This document shows, in pieces, positions 1-13,184 of a DNA stretch of 64,000 bases. The first letter of the stretch is position 1. Every line of letters begins with the position of its first letter. This stretch comes from Phyllobates terribilis (taxonomy: Eukaryota), in the NCBI RefSeq assembly GCF_046119375.1, contig NW_027362767.1, forward strand, positions 275,962,001 to 276,026,000, in the 5' to 3' direction. Made by a program: the position numbers and the translations under genes. The notes below the pieces were generated by a model. The model searched no databases. It was not told the DNA's origin and worked only from the letters and a program-made list of their open reading frames with translations.

Positions 1-949
1 ACTTTCAGAGTCCCTCCATCATAAATGAAACAGGATGTGTCTGATGATGTATCACACACCACATGGCCAGATAAGGTTGTAAAATGTTAAAATGAAATTT
101 CCCAGTGAATGCATTTGTCTTGGTTGAAAGCAATGCAAAAGTGCAAAAACGCATCAAAAACGCTACGTGTGAACATAGCCCAAGGTGTGGAGGAGCATTT
201 TTGTGTTTGTATATTTATTTTGCCTTATATACAAGTCATTACCCTGCAAAGGATGTTCCTTAACATATTTCCCAGGAAAATCCATTTTGGTTTCGTTTTT
301 GTATGTTTTGTGAGTCCGTAAAAGTGGTGTAATACTCTGACCACGTTGCTGACAGCAGTGATCTGGGAGTCAGAGATGCTTCCAGGGGTCTTCCCCATGC
401 TGTTCCCATGTCATTTCAGCACTGTTCCCATCTACTTGGGCAATTTTTAGGCCCTCTGCAGACCGCCGGGGGGAGCCGCCTGAAAAATGCTCGAGTTTCC
501 CATAGACTTACATTGGGCTCGTTGCTCGGGTTGTGCACCCGAGTATTCCAATTTGCTCGACCCGAGCATCAAGCACCCAAGCATTTTAGTGCTCGCCCAT
601 CACTAATCCTAAACCATCTCTACTAGGTTGAGGACAAGGATTGGACATTAGGTCAATAGAAATCTGTAATGTCGCCCGATGAGTCAAAATGTGAGATTTT
701 TTTTGTACCATCTGGCATGTCTTTGTGAGGTGTTGAAAAGGTAAACATATGGTTCCTACATTTTTGGTGCTCACCAGTAAACATGGAGGGGGAGGTGTGA
801 TGGCAGGGAGTGCTTTACTAATGATAATATTGGTGTTTTATTTTATATTCAAGGAACATTACACAGCATGGCTACCACATAATTATGACCACCATCCCTT
901 CTGGTCTGCACCGTCGTTGTAACAGGATGATGACATAAAACACCTCCAG

Positions 950-1400
950 GCGATGTAAGGGCTGTGTGATGAAGAATTTCGGTGCAATTACTGCTGCAAG
1001 TCTTTTGGGGATGTCTCTGCCAGCTTTGCACATCTAGAAGGTGACATTTTTGCCACTTTTCAAGTCTTGCCACAGATTCTCAATGGGATTTAGGCCTGGA
1101 CTGTGACTGGGCCATATACACACATGAATATGCTTTGATCTCGGTGATCATTTTCACAGAGGGCCACATCAGCATTATGGTTGCCTGCAAAGGACCACTT
1201 GTAATTGTAAGGGCTCATGCAGAATGTCTGTGCGGTACGAGCATGAGCTGCAATGCACAGACCAGTCATGGACTATAAGAGAGCTGTTCCTGGGTAGTAG
1301 GGTTAAAAGAGCTGTCCCTGGGTAGTAGGGCAAAGAGGTGTGCCAAGCGTCAGTGGAGAAAAACACTATAGGCAGAAGACTTCATCCACTATAAGTTTAT
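950..1400 (-). mobile_element. Degraded Tc1/mariner transposase fragments
   Basis: Reverse complement of typical Tc1 C-terminal sequence (cagctttgcacatctagaaggtgacatttttgcc..., ttctcaatgggatttagg, i.e. the LNPIENLW region); no intact ORF. Confidence 0.5.
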
Positions 1401-2994
1401 GATCAAAACTTACAACTCTGCTCTCCATCTGGCCAAACATGTCTACCACCCTCATCACATCACTAGCCAGAAATCCAAAATGACTCTTTAAAACTTTCTA
1501 CTCCATTGTGAGCCCTAAAGTACAGGCCCCGGTTACCAACCTCAGCGCTGGTAATCTAGCCACTTATTTCTTACAAAAAATCAACCATATCCATCAGGAC
1601 ATTTTTTCACAATCCCCTCAGAGCCTGGATCCCCTTCCCATCCACAACTCAAACTCACTTTCCACCTGCGAGCCTGAAACAGAAGAAGTTACCAGATTCC
1701 TCGCTTCTTCTAGCCCTACAACCTTCAACAGTGACCCTATTCCCTCACATCTCCTCCAGTCCCTCTCCCTGGTTGTCACTGCTTACTTAATTAAAATATT
1801 TAACCTCTCTCTTTCTTCCGCTATCTTTGCATCTTCATTCAAACACGCCAGCATAAATGCGTTTTTTTTAAAAAAACATTCCTGAACCAGAACTGCACTG
1901 CTAACTACAGACCTGTCTCTAATCTTCCCTTCATTTCTAAATTCCTGGAACGCTTGGTGCACTCTCATCTAATCCACTATCTCTCAAATCACTCTCTTCT
2001 TGACCCTTTACAATCCGGTTTCCGCTCTTTACAACCTACTGAAATTGTGATCTACTATCAGCAAAATCTACTGGTCACTGCTCCCTGCTGATTCTCCTGG
2101 ATCTCTCTGCTGCATTTGACACTGTGGATCACCAGCTCCTCCTCACTATGCTCCACTCTAGGATACTGCTCTCTCTTGGTTCTCCTCCTACCTCTCTGCC
2201 GCTCCTTCATTGTATCAATTGCTGGCTCTTACTCCTAACCTTCCCCTTACTGTCGGGGTCTCTCAATTTCAGTCCCAGGCCCCCTCCTATACACAGTCCC
2301 TATTGGACAAACGATCAGCAGATTTGGTTTCCAGTACCATCTCTATGCTGATGGCACCCAATTATGCACCTCTTCTCCTGAAATCACGCCTGCATTATTA
2401 CCTAGCACCAGTGATTGTCTGTCTGCTGTCTCTAACATCATGTCCTCCCTCTATCTGAAACTGAATCTCTCCAAAACCGAATGTCTCGTGTTTCCTCCTT
2501 CTACCAGATATTGCAATTGTCTTGGGTGATTCAATCATAACTCCAAAGGAGCAATCTCTCCATCTTGGGGTTAGATTTGACACAGAACTTTCCTTTATTC
2601 CCTATATCCAATCACTCACTCGCTCATGTTACTTGCAACTTAAAAATAACTCCAGAATCTGACTTTTTCTCACCTCTGAAACTGCAAAAATACGGTTCCT
2701 CTAATTCATTCTTGTCTGGACTAATGTAACTCTTTTCTGATCGGTCTCCCTCTAACCAAATTTTCTCCTCTCCAATCCATCTTGAATGCTGCAGCCAGGG
2801 TCGTATTCCTGTCCAGCCGCTTTACTGATGCCTCCACCTTGTGCCAGTCATTGCAATGGTTAGCCATCCGCTACAGAATGCAATATAAACTTCTGTCTCT
2901 CGCCCAAAGCTCTCCAGTTCTGCACCACCCTATATCTCCTCCCTCATCTCTGTCTATCACCCTACCCTTGCTTCCAGCTCCACAGCTAAACTAA

Positions 2995-3620
2995 AGGCCC
3001 CGTCACACTAAGCGATGCAGCAGCGATCCCGACAACGATACGACCTGTCAGCCATCGTTGCTGCATCGCTAATACATCGCTGGTGAGCTGTCAAACAGGC
3101 AGGCTCACCAGCGATCAGGGGAGCAGCGATATCGTGGAAAGAATCGTTCCACGATGTCCTGCTCCCGTTACCAGCCTGCTGCTTAAGCAGGAGCAGGCTG
3201 GTAACTATGGTAAACATCGGGTTACTAAGTGCGCGTGTGCCCCTAGTAACCCGCTGCTTACCACGGATACCACTCTGCTACGGTGCGCAGGAGCCTCCGC
3301 GCACAGTAGCAGAGTGGTATCCATGGTAAACAGCGGGTTACTAAGTGCGCGCGTGCCCCTAGTAACCCGATATTTACCATGGTTACCAGCCAGATCGTTG
3401 GTCCCGCTGGTCACACACAGCGATGTGTGCTGGCCAGCAGGAGGCCAACGACCAAAAAATGGTCCAGGACACTTTGCAGCGATCAGCGACCTCACAGCAG
3501 GGGCCTGATCGTTGCAAAGTGTCACACATAGCGACATCGCTGGTGAGGTCGCTGTTGCGTGACCAAAACCGTGACACAGCAGCGATCTCGCTAGCGATAT
3601 CGCTATGTGAGACGGAGGCT
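2995..3620. mobile_element. PIF/Harbinger-like MITE
   Basis: TIR AGGCCCCGTCACAC / GTGAGACGGAGGCT with TAA on both sides; internally palindromic. Confidence 0.8.
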
Positions 3621-3758
3621 TAAGCCTAACATCCTCCATAATCCGAACCTCCCAATTCCATCTCCAAGACTTCTTTTGTGCTGCTCCAGTTTACTGGAAT
3701 TCACTACCTCAGACAATTTGTTTCATACCTAATCCCCACATGTTTAAGAGTGCTTTAA

Positions 3759-4589
3759 GGCTATGTGCCCACGATGCAGAAATGCTCTGGATTTTTTCCT
3801 GAGCGTTTCTGCATCTCTCTGGCAGAAAAAATGCATGTGGATTGTACATGCGGATTGTACATGCGTTTTTCCTGCCAGGGACATGCGGATGTGAAGCGTT
3901 CTTCGCATGCATTTCCGTATGCGGGTTGTCAAGCGCTTTCCAAGCGATTTTAGCATCACTTGGAAAGTGCTTGACGACTTGGTTACATTATATAAATCCA
4001 TTCAAACGGCATGGATTTATGCAGTGTGACCGAAAGAATGGTAAAAAATAAATACTTACCTTCTGATGACCCCTGCAGTCTTGCTTTGCTCCGTCCTGGC
4101 TTGCCGGAAGCTCGCGGTACACTACACTGAAGGACCTGCCGTCACATGACTAAATGACATCAGCGCAGGTCCTTCAGTCCACCGCGAGCTGCCAGCAAGC
4201 CAAGACAAGAAGACCGGGGGCCATCAGAAGGTAAGTATAGTATTTATTTTTTATTTTATTACAGGTTCTATGGTACCTGGGTCCGGAGGAGAGTCTCCTG
4301 TCCTCCAGACCTGGGTACCATCCGCACATTGAAACGCATGGAATCCACATGTACAGATGCAGTGATGCGTAATCCATGCGTTCCAACGCAAGTCAATGGC
4401 GGCGAAAATGCAGCGCTTCCGCAAAATAATTGGTAGTGCTGCGTTTTTTTCTGCAATGATAATCCGCAGCGGAAATTTCCGCAGCATGTGCACAGCACAT
4501 GCGGATTATCATTGGGGAACATGGCAGGCCTTCTACCATGCGTTTTTGCCGCTGCGGAAATGCTTAAAAAACGCATCGTGGGCACAGCC
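3759..4589. mobile_element. PIF/Harbinger-like MITE (second family)
   Basis: TIR GGCTATGTGCCCACGATGC / GCATCGTGGGCACAGCC with TAA TSD (3756-58, 4590-92); related copy at 22511-23354. Confidence 0.8.
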
Positions 4590-5239
4590 TAAAAATACAT
4601 CTCTTTAGACAGGCCTATCGCCTCAATTCACTAATCTGACTCTCCCCTGTTCCGTCTTCCTAAATTTTACTCAGAATCTGGTCCCTCCTATTCATCTATG
4701 TTCACATCCTCCATGCACCCAATAGTGCTTGGTAACTGTACTTAGATAATGGCTGGTGACCAGATCATGCAGCTTGTCTGAAATGCTCTATTTATTATAG
4801 TGATGGCTGGATCATACATGGCAAGCGCTTTTTACCTATTGTGTCCCCCTGTTTCCTTATAGATTGTAAAGTTGCGAGCAGGGACCTCAGTCCTCTTGTA
4901 ACTGTTGAACTATGTGATGCTTCGTGTTCACTATGTTCACTTTTTTTGTGCTGGCTGACTGAGTTCACTTGCTCACTTACAAAGATGGCATCCGCTATAT
5001 GTACTGGCTCTGCCCCCTTTTCTAAGCACTGTCTGTGTCGATGTCGAACGCAGCCAGTACTTAGTAGAGGGGGTGGCGCCAGCAGAGAGGATGGATGCCA
5101 TCTTAGATTTTGAGCTCCACACAACTCCGACCGGATCTCCGTAAAGGGCAAGGCGAGAGCCAGTCATTCTGTGTCCTGACCTCGTGGGCCACATAAATTG
5201 ACACAGCAGACCAGATGTAGCCCAAGGCCTTGAGTTTGA

Positions 5240-6205
5240 CACCATCCATTGTAGCTTTGGCAGTATGTTTAGAGTCGTTGTCCTGATGGTAAGTTAACCT
5301 ACGCTCCAGTCTCGAGTCTTTTGCAGCCTCTAACAGGTTTTCCTGCAGGATTGCCCTGTATTAAGCTCCATCCATCCATCTTCCCATCAAATCTGACCAT
5401 CTTTTTTTCTCTCTGCTGAAGAAAAGCCTCACCACAGCATGATGCTGCTGCCGCCATGTATGACTGTGGGAATGGTGTTTTCAGGGTGATGTGCAGCGTT
5501 AGTTTTCTGCCACATCTAGCGTTTTGCATTTAGCCCAAAAAGTTCTAATTTAGTCTCATCTGACCAGATAATCTTCTTCCACATGCTCGTTGTGTCCCCT
5601 ACATGGCATGTGGAAGAAGCTGTAAAAGATTTGAGACTGGGGTGTAGATTCCCATTTCAGCACAACAACGACCCTAAACATCCTGCTAGAGCTGCAATGG
5701 ATGGTTTAGATTAAAGCATATGCATGTGTGTGAACGGCGCAGTCACCGTCCAGACAGAAATCCCTCTGAGAATTTGTGAGAAGACTTGGAATTTGCTGTT
5801 CACAGACGTCTCCATCCAATCTCACTGAGCAAGAGCGAGTGTGCAAAGAAGAATGGGCAAAAATGTCACCTCTAGATGTGTAAAGCTGGTAGAGACATCC
5901 CCAAAAGACTGGCAGCAGTGATTGCAGCGAAAGGTGGTCCTACAAACTATTGACTCAGGGGGGCTGAATACAAATGCACAACACAATTTTCAGATTCATA
6001 TTTTAAAACATTTAGAAAACCAGGTATCATTTCCTTTACACTTCACAAATACTTGCTACTTTGTGTTGGTATATCACGTAAAATCCAATAGAATGCATTT
6101 AAGTGTGTGGGTGTAAAGGGAAAATTTGTTGAAAAGTTCAAGGGGTGTGAAGACTTTGTCAAGGCTTTGTATACTTGGCACTGAATACTTTGTCAAAGCA
6201 CAGTG
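5240..6205. mobile_element. Two abutting Tc1 fragments in opposite orientations
   Basis: 5250-5620 is the reverse complement of a transposase middle region. 5620-6205 is a plus-strand 3' end (aacgaccctaaacat, ttgcagcgaaaggtggtcctacaaactattga) followed by a terminal repeat. Confidence 0.65.
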
Positions 6206-6357
6206 TACCCCAGTAGTGTATATATTATATGTATAAAAAAATACACACGCACACAGAATACTTTAGATAGTGAGAATTACACCCTGTATACAGGACAGGA
6301 GAAGTCTTATTGTGCAATAAATATGGACACACAAAATAATACAGATACTGAGAATTA

Positions 6358-6684
6358 ACTAACAAAGTTGCACTCTAACACTATAGCATGCAAGCATGAA
6401 ATTAAAATAGCATTCATATAAGAATTTGTAATAGTGGTGGTCAGTCTTTGATATTTGTATACATAGGCCCTCTGACCAAGCACTCCACCCATCAGCCTAT
6501 GGTGGTTTTAATCATAGCTCAATCCTACCTATCCATATAATTGTAGGCTGCCAGGTATACATGAATTGGCCAATTTATGTGCCAAGTGTCTTCGTTTTTT
6601 CCTATTTTCTAGAGCAGTAATGCGATTCAAATTTCATATATTTCATGTTTGCATGCTATAACTAGAGTGCAACTTTGTTAGTTA
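6358..6684. repeat. Imperfect inverted repeat (~70-bp arms)
   Basis: actaacaaagttgcactcta...tatagcatgcaagcatgaaat (from 6358) versus atttcatgtttgcatgctataactagagtgcaactttgttagt (6640-6683). Confidence 0.6.
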
Positions 6685-7614
6685 TATATGGAGGTGGCTC
6701 TTTGTATGCACCTGTTCACACCTGGTCTCCATTTGGAAATGACGGTCAGTCTTTGATATTTGGATACTGAGAATGACCCCCAGTGTACAGGACAGGAGAA
6801 GTGATACTGTGCAGTATATACAAAGGATTATACAGATATTGATAATTACACCCAGTAAATATACAGGACAGGAAAGGACTGTCCTTCTAGTGCCCCCTAG
6901 TGGAGGTATTTATCCAGTTAATAAAACAGAAATTCAGCTTCTCAGGTACAGGCCTAACAAGCAATCATGGCTCCCATTGGTACACAATGACTGGAGCAGG
7001 GCTGCCCTGTTCTGATGAGTGTGAGTGAGTGTGTGTGGTGCAGTTACACATAGCTCCCTGGTGGTAAAAGGATCATCATTCTCATCTTGGTCATATGACA
7101 GTAGATTCCACACATTCGGTGCATTTTCCGGCCATTACTAATTACTGCAGGATGATACCAGACTCAATAAGCCGAATGACATAACAGCTGATTTTGATAC
7201 TCGGATCATGATACCAAGCAAAGATACAATTATAATACACACACGTCGTCACCTACCCCCTGCACTTACACATATCCAGGAACATGACTACGATGAGCTG
7301 CGTTATCTGCGACTGCTGGAGACTGGGACAGGTGCAACAACGCTCTTTGTTATAATGAGTGCGTACACCTGGGGATGAGATAAGCTGCTTTGCATGCTGG
7401 GAAAAAGAGGATGCAGATGATGCCAGATCCCTCATTATACCTGCAGGGTACTGTATACAACACACAGTGCCGGACTCTTCTGATCTGGCTTATAAAAGGC
7501 CCCACTAACCACTTCAATAATAAAAGGAAAAATACATTTGGAAATGAAAACTTCAGTAAGTGAAATTCACCTTTCCTGGATGCCCATTAGCAGCACACAC
7601 ACAAACACGAGCTA

Positions 7615-8371
7615 CCTGGAGTTCCCCCTACCTACAGTGACACGTGGTAGTGATCCTAAATAGAAAAGTGCCCCCCCCCCCCCCCCCCCTGCCCACAGTG
7701 ACACCTGGCGGGGAGCCTATAGAGAAAAGTGCCTCTTACCTACAGTGACACCTGGCGGGGAGCCTAGAGAGAAAAGTGCCCCCTACCTACAGTGACACAT
7801 GGCGGGGAGCCTATAGAGAAAAGTGCCCCCACCTACAGTGACACCTGGCAGGGAGCCTATAGAGAAAAGTGCCCCCACCTACAGTGACACCTGGCGGGGA
7901 GCCTATAGAGAAAAGTGCTTCTTACCTAGTGACACCTGGCGGGGAGCCTAGAGAAATGTGCCCCCTACCTACAGTGACACCTGGCGGGAAGCCTATAGAG
8001 AAAAGTGCCCCCTACCTACAGTGACACTTGGCGGGGAGCCTATAGAGAAAAGTGCCCCCCTACCTACAGTGACACCTGGCGGGGAGCCTATAGAGAAAAG
8101 TGCTTCTTACCTAGTGACACCTGGCGGGGAGCCTAGAGAGAAAAGTGCCCCCACCTACAGTGACACCTGGCGGGGAGCCTAGAGAAAAGTGCCCCCCTAC
8201 CTACAGTGACACCTGGCGGGGAGCCTATAGAGAAAAGTGCTTCTTACCTACAGTGACACCTGACGGGGAGCCAATAGAGAAAATTGCCCCCACCTACAGT
8301 GACACCTGGCGGGGAGCCTATAGAGAAAAGTGCCCCCACCTACAGTGACACCTGGCAGGGAGCCTATAGAG
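7615..8371. repeat. Minisatellite, ~46-47 bp unit, about 16 copies
   Basis: Unit cctacagtgacacctggcggggagcctatagagaaaagtgccccca; tacagtg recurs at 7741, 7788, 7834, 7880. Confidence 0.95.
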
Positions 8372-9007
8372 CAGGGGTGCACAACATTTTTTGGTCTGAG
8401 GGTCACACTGTCATACTGAACCAATCCTAAGGGTCACCAAAAAAATGAAAGGGGTACTTACATGAATATATCACCAGAAACAAGTTTTTGTTTTTTCCTA
8501 ACTCAGTAGAAACTCTCCAAATCTTCCTCAAATACACAAACAAAAAAACAAATACATCCAGCACTTTTTTTATTTTATTTTTTAGATGCATTAGTAAAAA
8601 CACTTTATTAGTAGAAAAAAATCCATTTAGAAAGAGTCAACAGATGAAGAGAACAAAACTGATGCATTTCGAACACAAAGTGCTCTTAGTCATAGCTAAA
8701 CATATGTTCTCTGAATAACATATATAATGGTTACAAACTAATTAAAAATGACCATGATGCAATGGATTGAAACTGTGAAATTTGAAAAACCAGGTGGAAA
8801 TTTATCTCCTTCAATATACACGATCACAAAATAGCATACACGTTATCAAGGAATCAGTTCACACCTTGCAGGTTCCTGAACAAGCATGAGACAGCAAGCA
8901 TTTATACATATTATACAAAAAACATTTTCAAATCTTCAACTCCTAAAATGCACTGAGTTCAAATGAAGCCTGCAAGTGTCAGCAAGGTGTCTGTTCACAT
9001 CTAACTA

Positions 9008-10008
9008 CCGTATTTTTCGGACTGTGAGACACACCGGACCACAAGACGCACCTAGGTTTTAGAGGAGGAAAATAGAAAAAAAAAAATTTTAAGCAAAAAA
9101 TAGGATCATAATGCCCTGTTAAGGGGGAGGGGGCCTGCTGCTGACATTACACCTATAACAATGTCCCCCAATTCTGTTCATATCCCCCATCCTGATATAT
9201 ATGGCCCCCTCATTCCTGAAATGCATGTCACCTCAATCCACCATCCTGGTATGCATGGCACCTTCATTCCTCATCCTGGTATGCTTGGGTCCCCCTGATC
9301 CCCGTCACGCTGCACGGAAAAAAAATAAACACTCATACTCGCCTCCTCTCTCATCCAGTGTTGTGTCCCGCTCTGTGCTGGAATAGTCCCTGCTCCCATG
9401 GGAGTGGTGAATATTCATGGCCTTTAATAGCGGGCACGCTGACAGCCAAGCGCAGCAGGAGCTGCGTTGCAGCTAAAGTGTGTGCACTATTAGGGTGAAT
9501 GAATGGTCACTGCTCCCCACGAACGCAGTCCCGGTGTGGGGAGCAGTGACTATTCCGGCACAGAGCGCTGGAGGAGAGAGGAGGTGAGTATGAGTGTTTA
9601 TTTTTTTTCCGTGCAGCGTGACGGGGATTAGGGGGTGCCAAGCATACCGGGATGAGGGGGGCCATACATAAAGGGATGAGGCATGAGGGGGGCCATGCAT
9701 ACAGGGATGAGGGAGGCCATACATACCAGGAGTTGCGTTGCGGGCACAGTGTGCCGGTTATTAAGGAAAATTAATATTCACTGCTCCCCACGCCCATGGG
9801 CGTGGAGAGCAGTGAATATTAATTTTCTTTAGTAGCGGGCACAGTGTAGGCTGCAGCAGGCGGCTCCTGCCTCCTGTGCACCGCTACTCTGCCACTGTTG
9901 CTTCCCCCACAGCCACAGTATTTATGTATATCGGACTATAAGACATACCCCCCACTTTCCTCCAAAATTTTGGAGGAAAATGTGCGTCTTATAGTCCGAA
10001 AAATATGG
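9008..10008. mobile_element. Tc1/mariner (pogo-like) non-autonomous element
   Basis: TA|CCGTATTTTTCGGACT ... AGTCCGAAAAATATGG|TA; related, inverted copy at 43261-44549. Confidence 0.85.
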
Positions 10009-10299
10009 TAATTGCTGTACAGGGACAAAACATTTACAATTATTCAATTTCTTACATTCACAAAATGTAGCATGCAAATATTAACAAGGAGTCAGTTCAG
10101 ACCTGACTGCTTGCAATAGAAGCAAAATACATTTACAATTCTTTAACTCCTTAGCTACACCAAGTTAAAATGTAGCATGCAAGTGTAGGTAAGGCATCAA
10201 TTCAAACTTAACTGGTTTTTATACAAAAGACATTTACTAATTGCTATCCAAACGTTTTGGAAACACTGGTATCTTTTGACACAATAAATATAATGGAAA

Positions 10300-12370
10300 A
10301 AATATTAATGACTTGAGAAATAATATTTTAGTAATGTTAAAATAAATCTGTTTAATCCCGACAGGACTCTAGTGGTCGTTGTGAAGGTCCACTATGCTTC
10401 ACAACTGAATAGTTTCCAAGCATGATCACCATCTCGAATTGGGGGATTAACTCTTTCAATCCCTATCAGAGAACCCTTTAGGATTCATGAACAGAAGTAA
10501 AATGTAAAGAAATCGCAGACACATTATGCGCTTTACTACCAATATCAGAAAGGTGTCATCTGGTACGAATTTTGAGCGGTCCAGTGGTTCATCCTACATA
10601 TTGAAATTTGAGGCTAAATATACAAAAGTGGTATTACAATTAATATACTGCTATATGGTGTAAATAACATTGGTCAAAAGAAAAAAAAAGGATTTTACAT
10701 GATAAAAAACATGTACAAATTTTGAGTCCACACTTATAAGATCCCTTCTGTGAAAGCCATGTCGTGGTTATCTGTGGACTATCCAAAAATAAACTGGGTG
10801 ACATGTTACCTAGAGTTCTGGCCCTGCGAGAAACACATTTGATACCATTCTGTAAAATTTTGGCAAATGTGGGGGGTCCTGATGCAAGACAGGCAGAAAT
10901 TTCTGTGTAATCAATCTTACAGATAAGATTGTTACTGTATGACGTGGAAAATATCAATTGACGTTGAAAATCTTCTCTTTCGCCATGATATTTTAAAAGA
11001 TATTTTGATTTTTAGCCAACGTGATATTTTTAGCACAGTTTGTAGACCATCTAGGATAGCCCCTCTCAGACAAATGTTTCTCCAATTGAGTAGACTCCAA
11101 TTTACAATCAGTCATTGGAACAGTTTCTCCTGATTCGTGTAAACTCACCAACAGGTATGTTCTTAATCACGTATTGGGGGTGACATGTCCTCTCAAGTAA
11201 AGTGGTAAGTCTAGACGATGGTTTATGGAATGTGGTGGTGATAACTTTTCCAGATAAAGGATTACCCAGTAAACTAAGATCCCAAAAAATCAATGATGCC
11301 GGTATGACAAGAATATGCGAAAGACAAAATTTAGACAATTTCAGTTGAAATGCTTGATTAGGTCCGGTATGGCCACCACATCAGCGCTTCAGATGAGGAC
11401 TAGGTCAGCAATGTAATGGCCATACCTGACTATAATGGCAAATAAAATTCAGTAGCAAATGTATACAAATATTGAAACTCCCACAAGGCCATAAAAACAT
11501 TGGCAATTAAGGTGGAGAATTTGTCCCCCATTGACGCTCATGTTCTCTGCAAAAAAAAAAAATAGTGGAATCAAAAAGGAAAATAAATTATATGTGAGCA
11601 AATATCGTATAGCTGAAATGAGAAAATTTTGCAAATCCCATGTGTAAATCACTATACATGTTTAGAAACCATTTGTGTGCTAGCAAAGCCAAATCATGTG
11701 GTATAGAAGTATAAAGAGAAATTACGGTACATCAGCTGTTAACCAGCAATAATTAATTTTCCATTGCAAAATCATTGAATGGCAAAAGAACATGGGTGGT
11801 ATCCTTTATGACCTGGAATAGATTAAATTAATGCTTGTAACAAAATCTGTCCACTCAAATGCTCATATAATGATTCAATGCATGCAACGATGGGATGAAA
11901 TAACGGTGGAAAACCCCCCTTGTATATTTTGGGAAGGGAGTTGAATATATTCATTTTAGGGTGTTCATTAAATGATATATTCTGACTTCTTTTGATTAAA
12001 AATACCCATTGAAGAACCCTACTGAACTAATTTAGACAGATCATTTTTATAAAGGGAAGTAGAATCAAGACTTCAATTTAATGTAAGTAGACTCATCACG
12101 GAGCATTTTCATATTTAGCCATCTATAAATTTGTTTATCAAGGATAACAATTAATCCTCCCTTGTCTGATTAACGTATTGTCATATATTTAATTTGTTTT
12201 AGTTCTTGTAGGACTTTATTTTCGTTAGTGGGAAGATTTTTTTTTTTAACACCCTTATTTTTAGTGTTACGAAGAGCTAAATTTTTTTTCAAAATGCTCA
12301 TTCTCCCAAAACTCCTAGGTTTTGGAGAATTTTGGAGTTTCAACATAGCCATGTAACACGTCATCTAACC
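10300..12370 (-). mobile_element. Degenerate Penelope-like retroelement (RT + GIY-YIG endonuclease)
   Basis: ORF 11108-11338 has CHPQYVIKNIPVGEFTRIRRNCS (PLE thumb/linker). The minus strand at ~10560-10650 reads INCNTTFVY...QYVG*TTGPLKIRTR*HLSDI (GIY-YIG). Confidence 0.8.
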
Positions 12371-13184
12371 AGTTATGGATTGCTACATGTGTAGAAGAAT
12401 AGAATTAGAATCCCTGTCAGTACATAAATACAACACTAAAATCACCATCAGTACACGAATGCAGTACCAGAACTACAGTCAGTACATTAATCCAGTACCA
12501 GAACTACAGTCAGTACATGAATGCAGTGCCACAACCACAGTGAGTACATTTTTGCAGCACCAAAACCAAGGAATAAATTACATGAGCAGAACCACCATCA
12601 GTACATGAATCCATCACTAGAAGCGCCATAAGTTCAGGAATACATCATTAGAACCTCTATCAGTTCAAGAATTCTTCACCAGAGCTGTTATCAGTGCATG
12701 AATACAGCACCAAATTTAGTACAGCAATCAATGCAATGTCAGGTCAACCCCATACTCTCTACTGTTCCCCTACACTGCCATCTCTCGGTAATGTCCCCAA
12801 TACTGCCACACATTTCACAATTTTCCACCTATTGCTCTAAAATGAGCCATCACATTAACCCCCCTCTCCCATCTACAACAATAGTAAGGTCATTTAATCT
12901 TTGGCTCCTACATGGAGCGCTTACTGTTCCCTGCAGTCTCCGTTGCCTCTGTGATACTGTAGTGACAGCAGTGTTATGAGGTCAGCAGCGTGATGACCAC
13001 ATCACACCACTGCACTTTGAGGCGAGGAGTCGTTGAGTGCTCCTCTGCTCCTGTCCCAGTGTTCAAATGTATTCATGTCTATAAGATATAAATATATCTG
13101 AATACAATAAAGGCAGAACCAGCATCTCCTGGCCGCAAGAAATCCTTTCGCAGGCTGCATGTTGTGCAGGCCAGCTATATAGAG

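Larger units (their letters stand above)
1500..4900 (+). mobile_element. Degenerate L2/CR1-clade LINE (RT region to 3' end), interrupted by two MITEs
   Basis: ORF 1508-1885 (PTTFNSDPIPSHLLQS...SSFKHASI) and ctctgctgcatttgacactgtggatcacc (LSAAFDTVDH) are L2-type RT motifs. The sequence resumes after each MITE and ends in an L2-like tail (tagattgtaaagttgcgagcagggacc, ~4860-4890). Confidence 0.8.
8372..13174. mobile_element. hAT-like composite non-autonomous element splitting the minisatellite
   Basis: Left end CAGGGGTGCACAAC, right end GTTGTGCAGGCCAG; flanks CTATAGAG (8364-71) and CTATATAGAG (13175-84) look like an 8-bp TSD with a TA slip; minisatellite units resume after 13185. Confidence 0.55.

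Noticed and set aside
7615-8371. Regular repeat array resembling a CRISPR array
   Set aside because: Contiguous units with no unique spacers, no cas genes, and a vertebrate context
11380-11415. cagatgaggactaggtc, a hammerhead-like string in the Penelope element
   Set aside because: It lacks GAAA after the stem and sits within a small ggtatggcca/tggccatacc inverted-repeat insertion
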